Of a stretch of 64,000 nucleotides of DNA, positions 39,776 through 49,494 are shown piece after piece. Numbering within the stretch: position 1 is the stretch's first letter; every line of letters starts with the position of its first letter. The translations under genes were made by a program, and so were the position numbers. The stretch comes from an uncultured Spirochaetia bacterium. Its GTDB lineage: Bacteria; Oederibacteriota; PGYV01. The notes under the pieces were generated by a model, which saw nothing but the letters and a program-made list of their open reading frames with translations, searched no databases and was not told the DNA's origin. The stretch lies in the NCBI GenBank assembly GCA_964417645.1, contig CAYQIS010000002.1, positions 130,583 to 194,582 of the forward strand, in the 5' to 3' direction.

Positions 39776-42688
39776 ATGATAAAACAAACTACTAAAGCAT
39801 TTTCGTTAAAAATTTTTAACTTTTTTTGTATTTCCATACTTTTATTATCAACTAATCTTTTTGCAGATATGATTTATGACGGGGATACGGCAGGATATCG
39901 GCTGTCGGACGGAACGGTAATAAACGGCTCGCCGGGCACCATGACCGAAACAACAGGCGGAAATCCCGGAAATCTTATGCGTCTTACATACACTTCCATA
40001 TCAAGCTGGTGGCAGGAACACAGGTGGGATAAAACAGTTAATATACCGTTTGGAGCAAACACTCATTTAAGATTCAATGTAAGACGCGCTCCCACAAGTC
40101 CGGGCACTGTAAGCGTTTTTCGTGTAAGAATAGATTACAACGGAAATTATGTTGATGTTGCAAATTATCTTTTGGAAGGCGGTTCAATTGACTCCACTTG
40201 GAAAACAGCCAATATACCTTTGGCTGATATAAAAGGCCCATCTCAGACACAGATAGATTTCATTAATTTTATAGCAAACTGGAATTCTGATTACACTGTT
40301 GATATTGATAACATTTCAATTGAAGGCGCTTATACTCCCACATATACATATACCGTAAACCCTTTGTTTACGGCAACATACACTCCAACCCCCGCGCCAA
40401 CGTCTGCAGGCATGCCGCGCATATCAATCAACGGCACGGAATTCAGGGCATGCGGCCAGAGAATCTGGATGTGCGGCGCCAACACGCCGTGGGATAATTG
40501 GAATGATTTTGGCGGGAATTATGACCCTGACTTTTGGAACACTCATTACGCTCAATTTAATGCTTACGGGCTTAATTCCTCACGCGTCTGGATAACCTGT
40601 TCGGGCGAAGTGGGAATCAACATAGATACAGCAGGATATGTATCAGGCGCAACCGCCGCGCACTGGGCGAACCTGGATGATTTTTTTGCAAAAGCCCAGG
40701 CAAAAGGCGTTTACATTAAAGCAACCCTTATTTCATTTGACCATTTTAAAAGTTCGTATACAACATATCAGCGCTGGAGAAACTGGATAAATTCCGACGC
40801 CAATATTGATTCTTACATAAACAATTATCTTATTCCTTTTGTTAACAGGTACAAGAACAATACCGCCCTTTGGTGCATTGACATGACAAATGAACCCGAG
40901 TGGGCAACAACATCGGAAGGCGGAACAATAACATGGGACAGGTTCCAGAAATTCTGGGCAAAGGCCGCAAAGGCAATACATGATAACAGCGAAATACTTG
41001 TAACAGTTGGAATTGGTGTAATTAAATATAACAGCGACAATCCGGGAATGAACGGCAATAAGGTAAGCGATGCGGCCCTTCAGGCGCAGCTTAATGATCC
41101 AAAGGCAAAACTGGATTTTTATTCGCCCCATTGGTATTCGTGGATGGATCCTTACTGGACTATATTGATGTATACAACGCCTTCTTCTTTTGGAATAGGG
41201 ACAAAGCCGTGTATTGTGGGCGAAGCGCCGGGAACAGCTTCAACAGGGCACACGCTTGCCCAGGATTATGAAGCGGCTTATACCAACGGCTGGCAGGGTT
41301 TTATGCCGTGGACTTCAAACGGTGTTGACAATTTTGGCAACTGGAGCAATGTTTCGCCGGCTTCCAATTCTTTTAAAAACAATCACTATAATCTTGTGTT
41401 CCCGCCATGCTCAACATCAACCCCCACAAATACAGGAACATATACAAAAACAAGCACTCCTGTGCCGCCAACGGCAACCAACACTTCAACCAATACAAAC
41501 ACTGCAACATTTACTTTTACGGCAACAGGCACAAATACTGCTGTTCCCACAAATACAAGCACTCGTACAAACACCAACACCGCAACATACACTTATACTG
41601 CAACATTAACTCCTGTGAATACAAACACCTTAACCGCGACAAATACAGCTGTGCCTTCCACATACACTTTTACCGCCACAAATACCGCCACGTCAACCGC
41701 AACCCACACGGCGGTTAACACAAGCACCAATACAAGTGTTCCTTCGGCAACGTTTACCAATACTTCAATAAATACGCCGGTAAACACCGCAACAGGCACT
41801 TTTACAAGCACATACACTTTCACATACACATTAACGCATACTTCAACACACACAAACACATCAACGGCAAATTATACTTACACGGTTACCTATACCCCCA
41901 GCGAAACAGTCACAACGGGCGGGCCAACGCTTACATTTACGCACACATTTACGCAGACTTATACAAGCACAAGCACATATACGGCAGCATCAACTGCAAC
42001 AAGCACTTATACAAATGTTCCCACAGACACAGCAACCAATATTCCCGCAACATCAACATACACCTCAACAGCAACCGCAATTATTCCAACTTCAACAAAC
42101 ACAAGCGTGTTCACAAATACGCATACGCCTGTTAATACGGCAACATTTACACATACAGGCACAAACACTTATACAAACACGCCGGTGCCGCCGACAGCAA
42201 CAAGTACAGCGTCAAATACAAGCACGCGCACATACACGCATACGCTGACAAACACAATGACACGAACACCTACGCATACATTTACCAATACGTATACATA
42301 CACGCACACGGAAACCGCAGTTCCTTCGTTTGCCAATACTTATACATTTACAGCAACAATAACGCCTACTCCGACGCCGTCTGATTCAAAAGAGCAGGAA
42401 ATAAAGGACATATTGCTGTATCCGAACCCGTATGATGCAAAGAACGGGAATTTAAAGATAAAGTACACGATAACAAAAAGGGCGCAGACAGTTAAGCTTT
42501 TGATATATTCATCGGCGTTTCGCCTGATACGCGAGATTGAAATAGGCAGGGAAATGCATGCGGGAACGCGTATCGGAGAAGTAAAGGCTTCACAGATAAA
42601 AACGCTTGCAAACGGAACATATTATTTTGTTATTACGGAAAGCGAAGGAAAAAGGTCAAAAGCGGATGAAATAATAATATTAAAATAA
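39776..42688 (+). CDS. secreted GH5 family glycoside hydrolase (clan GH-A, mannanase/glucanase-like) with N-terminal CBM-like module, about 330-aa alternating-Thr linker and C-terminal sorting domain
   Basis: Signal peptide from ATG 39776. Beta-sandwich module, then a TIM-barrel region with a NEPEW acid/base motif and a ...GEAPG nucleophile region. Long TxT linker and C-terminal domain. Confidence 0.7.
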   Translation: MIKQTTKAFSLKIFNFFCISILLLSTNLFADMIYDGDTAGYRLSDGTVINGSPGTMTETTGGNPGNLMRLTYTSISSWWQEHRWDKTVNIPFGANTHLRFNVRRAPTSPGTVSVFRVRIDYNGNYVDVANYLLEGGSIDSTWKTANIPLADIKGPSQTQIDFINFIANWNSDYTVDIDNISIEGAYTPTYTYTVNPLFTATYTPTPAPTSAGMPRISINGTEFRACGQRIWMCGANTPWDNWNDFGGNYDPDFWNTHYAQFNAYGLNSSRVWITCSGEVGINIDTAGYVSGATAAHWANLDDFFAKAQAKGVYIKATLISFDHFKSSYTTYQRWRNWINSDANIDSYINNYLIPFVNRYKNNTALWCIDMTNEPEWATTSEGGTITWDRFQKFWAKAAKAIHDNSEILVTVGIGVIKYNSDNPGMNGNKVSDAALQAQLNDPKAKLDFYSPHWYSWMDPYWTILMYTTPSSFGIGTKPCIVGEAPGTASTGHTLAQDYEAAYTNGWQGFMPWTSNGVDNFGNWSNVSPASNSFKNNHYNLVFPPCSTSTPTNTGTYTKTSTPVPPTATNTSTNTNTATFTFTATGTNTAVPTNTSTRTNTNTATYTYTATLTPVNTNTLTATNTAVPSTYTFTATNTATSTATHTAVNTSTNTSVPSATFTNTSINTPVNTATGTFTSTYTFTYTLTHTSTHTNTSTANYTYTVTYTPSETVTTGGPTLTFTHTFTQTYTSTSTYTAASTATSTYTNVPTDTATNIPATSTYTSTATAIIPTSTNTSVFTNTHTPVNTATFTHTGTNTYTNTPVPPTATSTASNTSTRTYTHTLTNTMTRTPTHTFTNTYTYTHTETAVPSFANTYTFTATITPTPTPSDSKEQEIKDILLYPNPYDAKNGNLKIKYTITKRAQTVKLLIYSSAFRLIREIEIGREMHAGTRIGEVKASQIKTLANGTYYFVITESEGKRSKADEIIILK
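41690..42688 (+). repeat. 3' linker plus C-terminal-domain cassette, copy 4 (extended about 1 kb of similarity with 48497-49432)
   Basis: Near-identical stretches, e.g. AACCCACACGGCGGTTAACACAAGCACCAATACAAGTGTTCCTTCGGCAACGTTTAC, are shared with the beta-helix gene. Confidence 0.7.
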
Positions 42689-42698
42689 ACGACATATA

Positions 42699-42727
42699 TT
42701 GATTTAAATTTTTTGTATTTGTATAAT
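42699..42727 (+). promoter_or_regulatory. sigma-70-like promoter of the second lacI gene
   Basis: TTGATT-17 nt-TATAAT, then RBS AAGAGG and TTG start 42752. Confidence 0.5.
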
Positions 42728-42751
42728 GGTTCAAAAAATTAAGAGGAAAAA

Positions 42752-43780
42752 TTGAAGCCGACCACAATAAAAGACATAGCAAGAAGACTTGATCTTAGTT
42801 TTACGACGGTATCAAGGGCCCTTAATAATGACATCAAAATTAAGCTTTCAACAAGGGAATTGGTAAAGAAAACGGCCGAAGAAATGAATTATTTCCCGAA
42901 TATGGCGGCCAGGGGTCTTGTAAGACGAAAATCCGAAACAATAGCGTTTATGAGCACCCGTTTTGCCGCACCTTTTATTTCAAATGTACTTGATGCTTTT
43001 GAACAAAAAGCATTTTATACCGGAAGATATGTGCACGGGATTATTCCTTATTCAACAAGAAACGAGGAAGCTGTTAAAGAAATGCTTTTAAAGCGCATTT
43101 TAAGGGGAAGGATGGCGGATGCTCTTGTTATGCTGTCGCAAAGACCTTCGGAAAAAATATTGGAAGAGTTTAACATGGCCGGAGTTCCTGTTTTGTTGAT
43201 AGAAAATAGAATGCCCGGCGCACACTCCATAACCGTTGACAATGCCCACGGAGCGCGCTCCGCCGCGCAGTATCTTGTAAAAACCGGAAGAAAAAGAATA
43301 TGCCTGATAACCGGTGAAATAATACAGCCGCCAAGCAGGGATATAAACACGGCGGCCGTTGAAAGAAAAGAAGCTTTTGTGTCCGAGGTGCTTGAAAGCG
43401 GAATATTTTTTAATGAAAGCAACATAGAAACAATACATGCATATAAATATGAAGAAGGCATGACAGCTTTGGATAATTTTATAAAAAAAGGAATAAAACC
43501 TGACGCAATATTCTGCGCGGCGGGTGACATTGTTGCAATGGGAGTGCTGGAGCGTGCAAGAGAAAAAGGAATAAGCATTCCCGAAGACATGGCAATTATA
43601 GGATATGACGATATACTTTCAGCCAAAAATCTTAATCCTCCACTTACAACCATAAGACAGCCTCTTCATGAAATCGGGGAAATGGCTTTTGAGATGATTC
43701 TTGATGCGGTGGACGGAAAATTAAAAGAGACAAAAAATGTGGTAATTAAACCGGAATTAATAATACGCAAATCCGCGTGA
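42752..43780 (+). CDS. LacI family transcriptional regulator
   Basis: HTH (TIKDIARRLDLSFTTVSRALNN) plus a type-I PBP ligand-binding domain. Confidence 0.85.
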   Translation: MKPTTIKDIARRLDLSFTTVSRALNNDIKIKLSTRELVKKTAEEMNYFPNMAARGLVRRKSETIAFMSTRFAAPFISNVLDAFEQKAFYTGRYVHGIIPYSTRNEEAVKEMLLKRILRGRMADALVMLSQRPSEKILEEFNMAGVPVLLIENRMPGAHSITVDNAHGARSAAQYLVKTGRKRICLITGEIIQPPSRDINTAAVERKEAFVSEVLESGIFFNESNIETIHAYKYEEGMTALDNFIKKGIKPDAIFCAAGDIVAMGVLERAREKGISIPEDMAIIGYDDILSAKNLNPPLTTIRQPLHEIGEMAFEMILDAVDGKLKETKNVVIKPELIIRKSA

Positions 43781-43781
43781 A

Positions 43782-44210
43782 ATGATGAATTTCGAAAAAG
43801 AATTTGACATATGGAAAAACAGATATTTTCAAAATTTTTGCATAAATAAATGTTCTGACACATGCTGCAATATGAGCAGTTTCTCGCTGCATTTAACGGA
43901 GAAAGAACTTATAAAAATGCTCGGGGAAAAAAAGGAAAAAGCGGAACTTAAAGCAATGGGGATAAAGCATGACGGGGGCGCTTATTTTTTCGACAATGCG
44001 GGCTTCTGCCCGAAGTTTGATCAAAAAACACGGATGTGTTTGTCTTATGAAAGCAGGCCGAACAGCTGCAGGGAATACCCTTTTATTGTTGAACCTGACG
44101 CGATTATTATTAAGAAGGGATGCTCTCTTGCAAAGGGGTACGTTGAATATCAAAAACTTTCAGAGCTTGGGTTGCGGCACGGAAAAGTTATAGTTAAAAA
44201 AGACAGATAA
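43782..44210 (+). CDS. YkgJ-family Cys-cluster protein (putative Zn/Fe-chelating CxxxCxxxCC domain, PF03692-like)
   Basis: FCINKCSDTCCN...C..F......CLSYESRPNSCREYPF pattern. Confidence 0.55.
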   Translation: MMNFEKEFDIWKNRYFQNFCINKCSDTCCNMSSFSLHLTEKELIKMLGEKKEKAELKAMGIKHDGGAYFFDNAGFCPKFDQKTRMCLSYESRPNSCREYPFIVEPDAIIIKKGCSLAKGYVEYQKLSELGLRHGKVIVKKDR

Positions 44211-44299
44211 AAATTTTCAAACACAACCTTACAAAATACTTCCAATTGACATTATTAAAAATTAATTTTATAATTGTTAAAGGATATAAGGAGGCTGTG

Positions 44300-45169
44300 A
44301 TGAGCGAAATAGACCACAGAAACGCCACAATTGCATTTGTCAGCCCGCGATTTACATCCCCTTTTATGATAGAAATCCTTACGGCCGCCGAGGAAGAAGC
44401 ATATAAAAGCGAGAGATTCCGCGGGGGAATTCTTCCTTTTTCAACATGGAACATAGACAGCGAACGCGACAGGATACTTCATTCCCTGATTGATGAAAAA
44501 AAAGCAGACGCAATTGTATTGATAACCACATGGCCTGTTCCGGGTTTTGTTGAAGCGTGCGCGCAAAAAAATATTCCTTTGATTGTGGTTGAATACAGCA
44601 TAAACGGTGTTTTTTCGATAATGAATGACAATTTTACGGGCGGATATATCGCCGGCGAATATCTTTCGCAAAAATATGGCGAGGATACAGTTATAGTAAA
44701 CGGCCTTACATCGCATGAAAAAGGCAAGGACATACATCCGGCGGCAATTGACCGTCTTAAAGGTTTTAAGGTGGCTTTTTCCAATTTTGGATTCCAGCCT
44801 GAATCAATAAAAAACATAAATGTGCTTGCATATACAAGGCAGGAAGGTTCTGAGATAATGCGCAGTCTTGCCCGTGAAACAAAGATGCCCCGTTCGGTGT
44901 TTTGCGCGGCGGGAGATGAAACGGCAATAGGCATAATTGAAGCCGCATTAAAGCTTGGATTAAAAGTTCCTGAAGATATTGCAATAATGGGCTATGACGA
45001 CATAGAAGCCGCCGGTTTGATGAAACCGGGATTAACCACAATAAGGCAGCCGCTTGCGGAAATAGGAAGGATTGCATTTGAAGCGGCTTCGAAAATGGCG
45101 GACGGGGAATCTGTTGAAAAGGGGGTTGTTACTGTAAAACCTGAACTTATAGTGCGAGAATCAGCATAA
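44300..45169 (+). CDS. LacI-type ligand-binding-domain protein lacking the N-terminal HTH (HTH-less LacI paralog)
   Basis: Clear homology to the sugar-binding core of the 42752 regulator (IAFVSPRFTSPFM.. versus IAFMSTRFAAPFI..; shared C-terminal YDDI..A and TTIRQPL motifs). Begins at ATG 44300 with RBS AAGGAGG. No signal peptide and no HTH. Confidence 0.75.
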   Translation: MSEIDHRNATIAFVSPRFTSPFMIEILTAAEEEAYKSERFRGGILPFSTWNIDSERDRILHSLIDEKKADAIVLITTWPVPGFVEACAQKNIPLIVVEYSINGVFSIMNDNFTGGYIAGEYLSQKYGEDTVIVNGLTSHEKGKDIHPAAIDRLKGFKVAFSNFGFQPESIKNINVLAYTRQEGSEIMRSLARETKMPRSVFCAAGDETAIGIIEAALKLGLKVPEDIAIMGYDDIEAAGLMKPGLTTIRQPLAEIGRIAFEAASKMADGESVEKGVVTVKPELIVRESA

Positions 45170-45180
45170 CTTATATAAAC

Positions 45181-45215
45181 AAAAAGCCCGTCCTTTCAAG
45201 GACGGGCTTTTTGTT
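45181..45215. terminator. bidirectional intrinsic terminator
   Basis: AAAAAGCCCGTCC-TTTCAA-GGACGGGCTTTTTGTTTTTTT, lying between convergent genes. Confidence 0.8.
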
Positions 45216-45224
45216 TTTTTGCCG

Positions 45225-46052
45225 TTATTCGGCAGAGGCTTTTGTGTCTTCTGGTTTGCTTTCCTTTTGACCAATGGTGAAATTGTAATTAATCATCAAA
45301 GAACCTGAGGCCAGGTTTTTATATAATTTTCCGGTTTCCTCTTCTTTTGCGTCGTTTATTCCAAACTGCATAAAAACAGAAGGAGTAATTGTGAAGTCTC
45401 CGATCTTGTAATTTGCATAAAGGTTAAGTCCGGCCGCGGAGAGTTTTGCTTCTTCGGTTTCCTTTGTTTCCGCCGTAATTTCGTCAATTTCATATTTGAC
45501 GAAATTAAGGTCCATGCCTATGCTTGCTTCCGCACCGAAGGCGATATTGCCGCCGAGCATCTCGCCAATTTCATATTCGTATGAAACGCCCGCTTCAAGG
45601 TAATTGTATTTTGTGGCTACGTTAATGCTGTGTATTATCGTCACGTAAGGGTTTGAAATTACATCTGCACTTAAAGTGACATACACTTCTTCGCTAAGTT
45701 CTTTTGTTAAGAACGGGAAGTTTGATTTCGGGTTATAAAAAGTGGCTTCATATCCCGCGGTTAAACTTAAAAACTCCGCATAAGGTATTGCCTGCTTGCA
45801 GCTTGCATACAGTCCCCATTCGTCAAACATGTCCGGTGATGCAAAACCGTGGCAGGAAGACCATGTTTCCAGTGTTACCCCGTAAGACGAAAGGCTTAAT
45901 CCGGGCTGAATTGCCGGGCCGTCGTTTACAACAAGACCCCTGTCAAGATACCTTGTCACCCCTGCCGTATAAATGCTGCCGTCAATTGAAAAAGCAAAAG
46001 ACATTGAAACAAGAACCAAACAAATTACTCCTGCAAGTGCTGTTTTTTTCAT
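45225..46052 (-). CDS. putative outer-membrane beta-barrel protein (hypothetical)
   Basis: Signal peptide (MKKTALAGVICLVLVSMSFA), alternating amphipathic beta-strand pattern, aromatic-rich C-terminal region. The only minus-strand gene in the window. Confidence 0.55.
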   Translation of the reverse strand: MKKTALAGVICLVLVSMSFAFSIDGSIYTAGVTRYLDRGLVVNDGPAIQPGLSLSSYGVTLETWSSCHGFASPDMFDEWGLYASCKQAIPYAEFLSLTAGYEATFYNPKSNFPFLTKELSEEVYVTLSADVISNPYVTIIHSINVATKYNYLEAGVSYEYEIGEMLGGNIAFGAEASIGMDLNFVKYEIDEITAETKETEEAKLSAAGLNLYANYKIGDFTITPSVFMQFGINDAKEEETGKLYKNLASGSLMINYNFTIGQKESKPEDTKASAE

Positions 46053-46149
46053 TTGTTCCTCCGTTTATTATTTTTACCGCCCAAAAATAATTTAGCATAA
46101 ATCAGGACATAAGGTTACCTGAAAATTATTTTGATACATTGAAGGTTTT

Positions 46150-46178
46150 TTGTTATGTTTGATAAAATATGTTATAAT
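46150..46178 (+). promoter_or_regulatory. sigma-70-like promoter of the beta-helix CAZyme gene
   Basis: TTGTTA-17 nt-TATAAT, then RBS AAGGGAG and GTG 46208. Confidence 0.5.
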
Positions 46179-46207
46179 TATTGTAATAAAACCAAAGGGA
46201 GTAATGA

Positions 46208-49200
46208 GTGAGAAAAAACATTTATTTTATTTTTGTTTTCTTACAATTTTTTTATTCCTTAATATACGGCTGGGAATCACAGCTTTTTCCTTTTAATTCG
46301 GTAACAGGAAAATATCAGGAAGCTGTTGTGAATTTTAACGGAAGAAACTGGAAGCTTCTTGATTACTCATACACAGGATATAATCTTGGAAATACGGGTT
46401 TAAGAAAAAACATACCCTGCAATATACAGACAATTACGGGTTCAGGAGACATAACAGCTGAACTTCAGACAAAAATTGACGCGGTTGGCGCGGCAGGAGG
46501 GGGAATAGTAAGGATACCTGCAGGAACATTTACGATAACAGAGCACACTCTTCACGGCGGATTAAAGCCAATCGGCATTAATTATCCAAATGTATCAATA
46601 GAAGGGGCCGGAAGCGGCAGGACAATAATAAATGTTCCGCCAACCCACACTTACAGCAGCGATGCAAACGCTTTTGAAGGCGTGTTTACTTTTGAAAAAT
46701 CAAGATGGGCGTGGAACAAGGGCTGGGTTGACAGGGGAACCGTGCTTTCCGGAATTACCCAGCCGATAGCTGAAGGGGCAACGTATTTGACCGGTGTCAC
46801 CAATCTTGCGGGTATAGCGGTTAATGACTGGATAATTATATAGCAGTACTGGTGGCAGACTTTTTCCCAGCAGAATTCTGCCGGAGTGTGGCAGTATTAT
46901 CCGCCCAACACAAACAGGGAAACAAATTTTGTGTATTTAAGAAAAGTAATTGCAAAGGACGCTGGCGGAATAACGATTGACGCGCCTATCCCTTTTTACC
47001 TTGACCCCGCAAACAATCCCATAACAATAAGAAGAAGCGGCCCCGATACCACATCTTATCAGATGCTTGAAAATGTGGGCATATCGGGGCTGACCATACA
47101 GTTTCAGGACGTAAATATAGGAGCAACAGGCAGGCCGGAAGGCGCGGGTATTGTTATGGAAGGCGTTGTGAACGGCTGGGTGTATGACGTTCATGTAAAA
47201 AACTTTCCGCGATACGGTTTTTATTTTGAATATGACGCGCGTCTTTCTTTTGTAAATTGCGTGGCCAAAAAAACCCAGGATTACGGGGGGGACGGTTACG
47301 GATACGGTTATCATAATTATGCATCGCAGAATGTCCTGATAAAAAACTGTTATGCCGAAGACGTAAGGCACGCTTATATATTCCAAAAGCCCCTTGCCAA
47401 TTACTGCGCCGTTGTTGATTCCGATTCAATTGACTGCCGCCAGGGAGAAGACACGCATCATTCTTTCTGCCATGCCATTTTGCGGGACAATGTGCGCCAC
47501 AGCCACGGCAACAAGATGGTTGGTTATAACAGGGGAACAACCAGCACAAATGCTTACGAAACTTACGGTACGGGAGTAAATTGGAATGTGACGGGTGACG
47601 GCATTGGGGGTGTGTGGGAAAGCGCGATTTTCTCAATGAATCCTGCGCCGTATCCCGCTCTTTACACGCACGGAATCATGGTCGGGGGGCCGGGTTTATA
47701 CAGGGTGTTTGACAACGGTTCTCACATAAGCGGAACCTATGTTGAAGGCGATCAGATTTTTCCGTCCCCCGGATTTCAGGTTGGGATTAGTGGGGATAAA
47801 AATATGCTGTATGAAGGGCTGGGACAAACAGGCCTTATGCCTTACTCGCTTTATAACACACAGCTTTCAAACAGGCTGGGTACGGTTCCTGCCGTATGGG
47901 ACAATACCTGCGGCGATGCGCCCGCATTGCCTGCGGCAACACCGACCCCTGCTTTGTCAGGAGAACTAATATTTGACAGCGAATACGCTGCATGGGGTTT
48001 CAGCTTCGGAAGCTCCTGCCCGCTGCCTTTAAACACACTGACACCGGGCACCAATCCCGATGATATGGGGCAGGTTCACAGCGGTATTGAGGCAATGCGT
48101 GTTGATGTAAGCGCGGGAAGCAACTGGACGCCCATGTTCGTGTTCGGGGGGCCGGACCTTAAGGCAACGGATTTTACAAATATAGAGTTTTGGATATATC
48201 CAACAAACACAGCCATGCAGTGTTATGTAAATTTGATGGATGATGATGCGGGAACATCGCTTGGAAGCACGGTTACATTAAGCGGCAGCTATGCCCAGGG
48301 AGGCGCTTTTATTGCCAATACATGGAATAAAGTTACCATACCTCTTACCGCATTTGCTTATTCAGGCACATTCAGCGGAATCCGTTTTTCGCGAACGGGC
48401 ACAGCGCCGGGAACTTTTTATCTTGACGATATGTATCTTACAGGGGGCGCACCAACCGCCACACCCACAAACACAAGCACCCAGACCGCAACAAATACCG
48501 CAACCCACACGGCGGTTAACACAAGCACCAATACAAGTGTTCCTTCGGCAACGTTTACGAATACTTCAACAAATACACCCGCAAACACCGCAACAGGCAC
48601 TTTTACAAACACATACACTTCCACATACACATTAACGCATACGTCAACACACACAAACACATCAACGGCAACATATACTTACACGGTTACCCATACCCCC
48701 AGCGAAACAGTCACAACGGGCGGGCCAACGCTTACTTTCACGTACACATTTACAAACACTTATACAAGCACAAGCACGCATACTGCAACATCAACATACA
48801 CCTCAACAGCAACCGCAATTATTCCAACTTCAACAAATACAAGCGTGTTTACAAGCACGCACACCCCTGTTAATACGGCAACATACACACATACAAGCAC
48901 AAATACTTATACAAATACGCCCGTGCCGCCGACTGCAACAAATACCGCGTCAAATACAAGCACGCGCACATACACGCAAACAACGACAAACACAATGACA
49001 CGCACGCCCACATATACAGTCACAAATACGTATACATACACGCACACGGAAACCGCAGTTCCTTCGTTTGCCAATACTTATACATTTACAGCAACAATAA
49101 CGCCTACCCCGATAACGCCTGATACAAAAGAGCAGGAAATAAAGGATATATTACTGTATCCGAATCCTTATGACGGTAAGAACCAAAATTTAAAGGTAAG

Positions 49201-49432
49201 TTACACAATAACAAAGAGTGCAACATCAATAAGGTTCAGGATATATTCATCGGCGTTCAGATTGATACAGGAAACTGAAATAGGCAGGGCATTGCATGCA
49301 GGGATACATACGGGAGAAGTGAATGCATCACAGCTTAAGCTTCTTGCAAATGGAACATATTACTTTGTAATTACGGACAATGAAGGTGCAAGGTCTAAGG
49401 CGGACAAATTTATTATAATTAAATTTCACTAA
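46208..49432 (+). CDS. secreted right-handed beta-helix protein (pectate-lyase-superfamily / GH28-GH55-like) with CBM-like module, alternating-Thr linker and C-terminal sorting domain; interrupted by one in-frame TAG (46841-46843)
   Basis: N-terminal [35 protein letters not shown] is the signature opening of Pectate_lyase_3-type beta-helix enzymes. ORFs 46208-46843 and 46886-49432 are in the same frame. [11 protein letters not shown]...[10 protein letters not shown] module, TxT linker and C-terminal domain follow. Confidence 0.7.
48497..49432 (+). repeat. 3' linker plus C-terminal-domain cassette, copy 5
   Basis: See copy 4. The C-terminal domain here is more diverged (..[18 protein letters not shown]..). 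Confidence 0.7.
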
Positions 49433-49494
49433 ACTTGATTATCCTTCTTTTTGCTGATATATTTTATTTTAGGAGATTGTAAAGGGGGATAATA

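Noticed and set aside
25559-48660. Many 60-110-aa minus-strand (and some plus-strand alternate-frame) ORFs rich in V/G/C or Q/R/H, e.g. 25559-25759, 27311-27620, 30971-31171, 31545-31900, 35619-36320, 39202-39539, 41386-41859 and 48418-48660.
   Set aside because: They lie entirely inside the Thr-codon (ACN-NNN) periodic linker regions of the + strand CAZyme genes. The periodicity removes stop codons in other frames, and these ORFs have no RBS and no recognisable domain.
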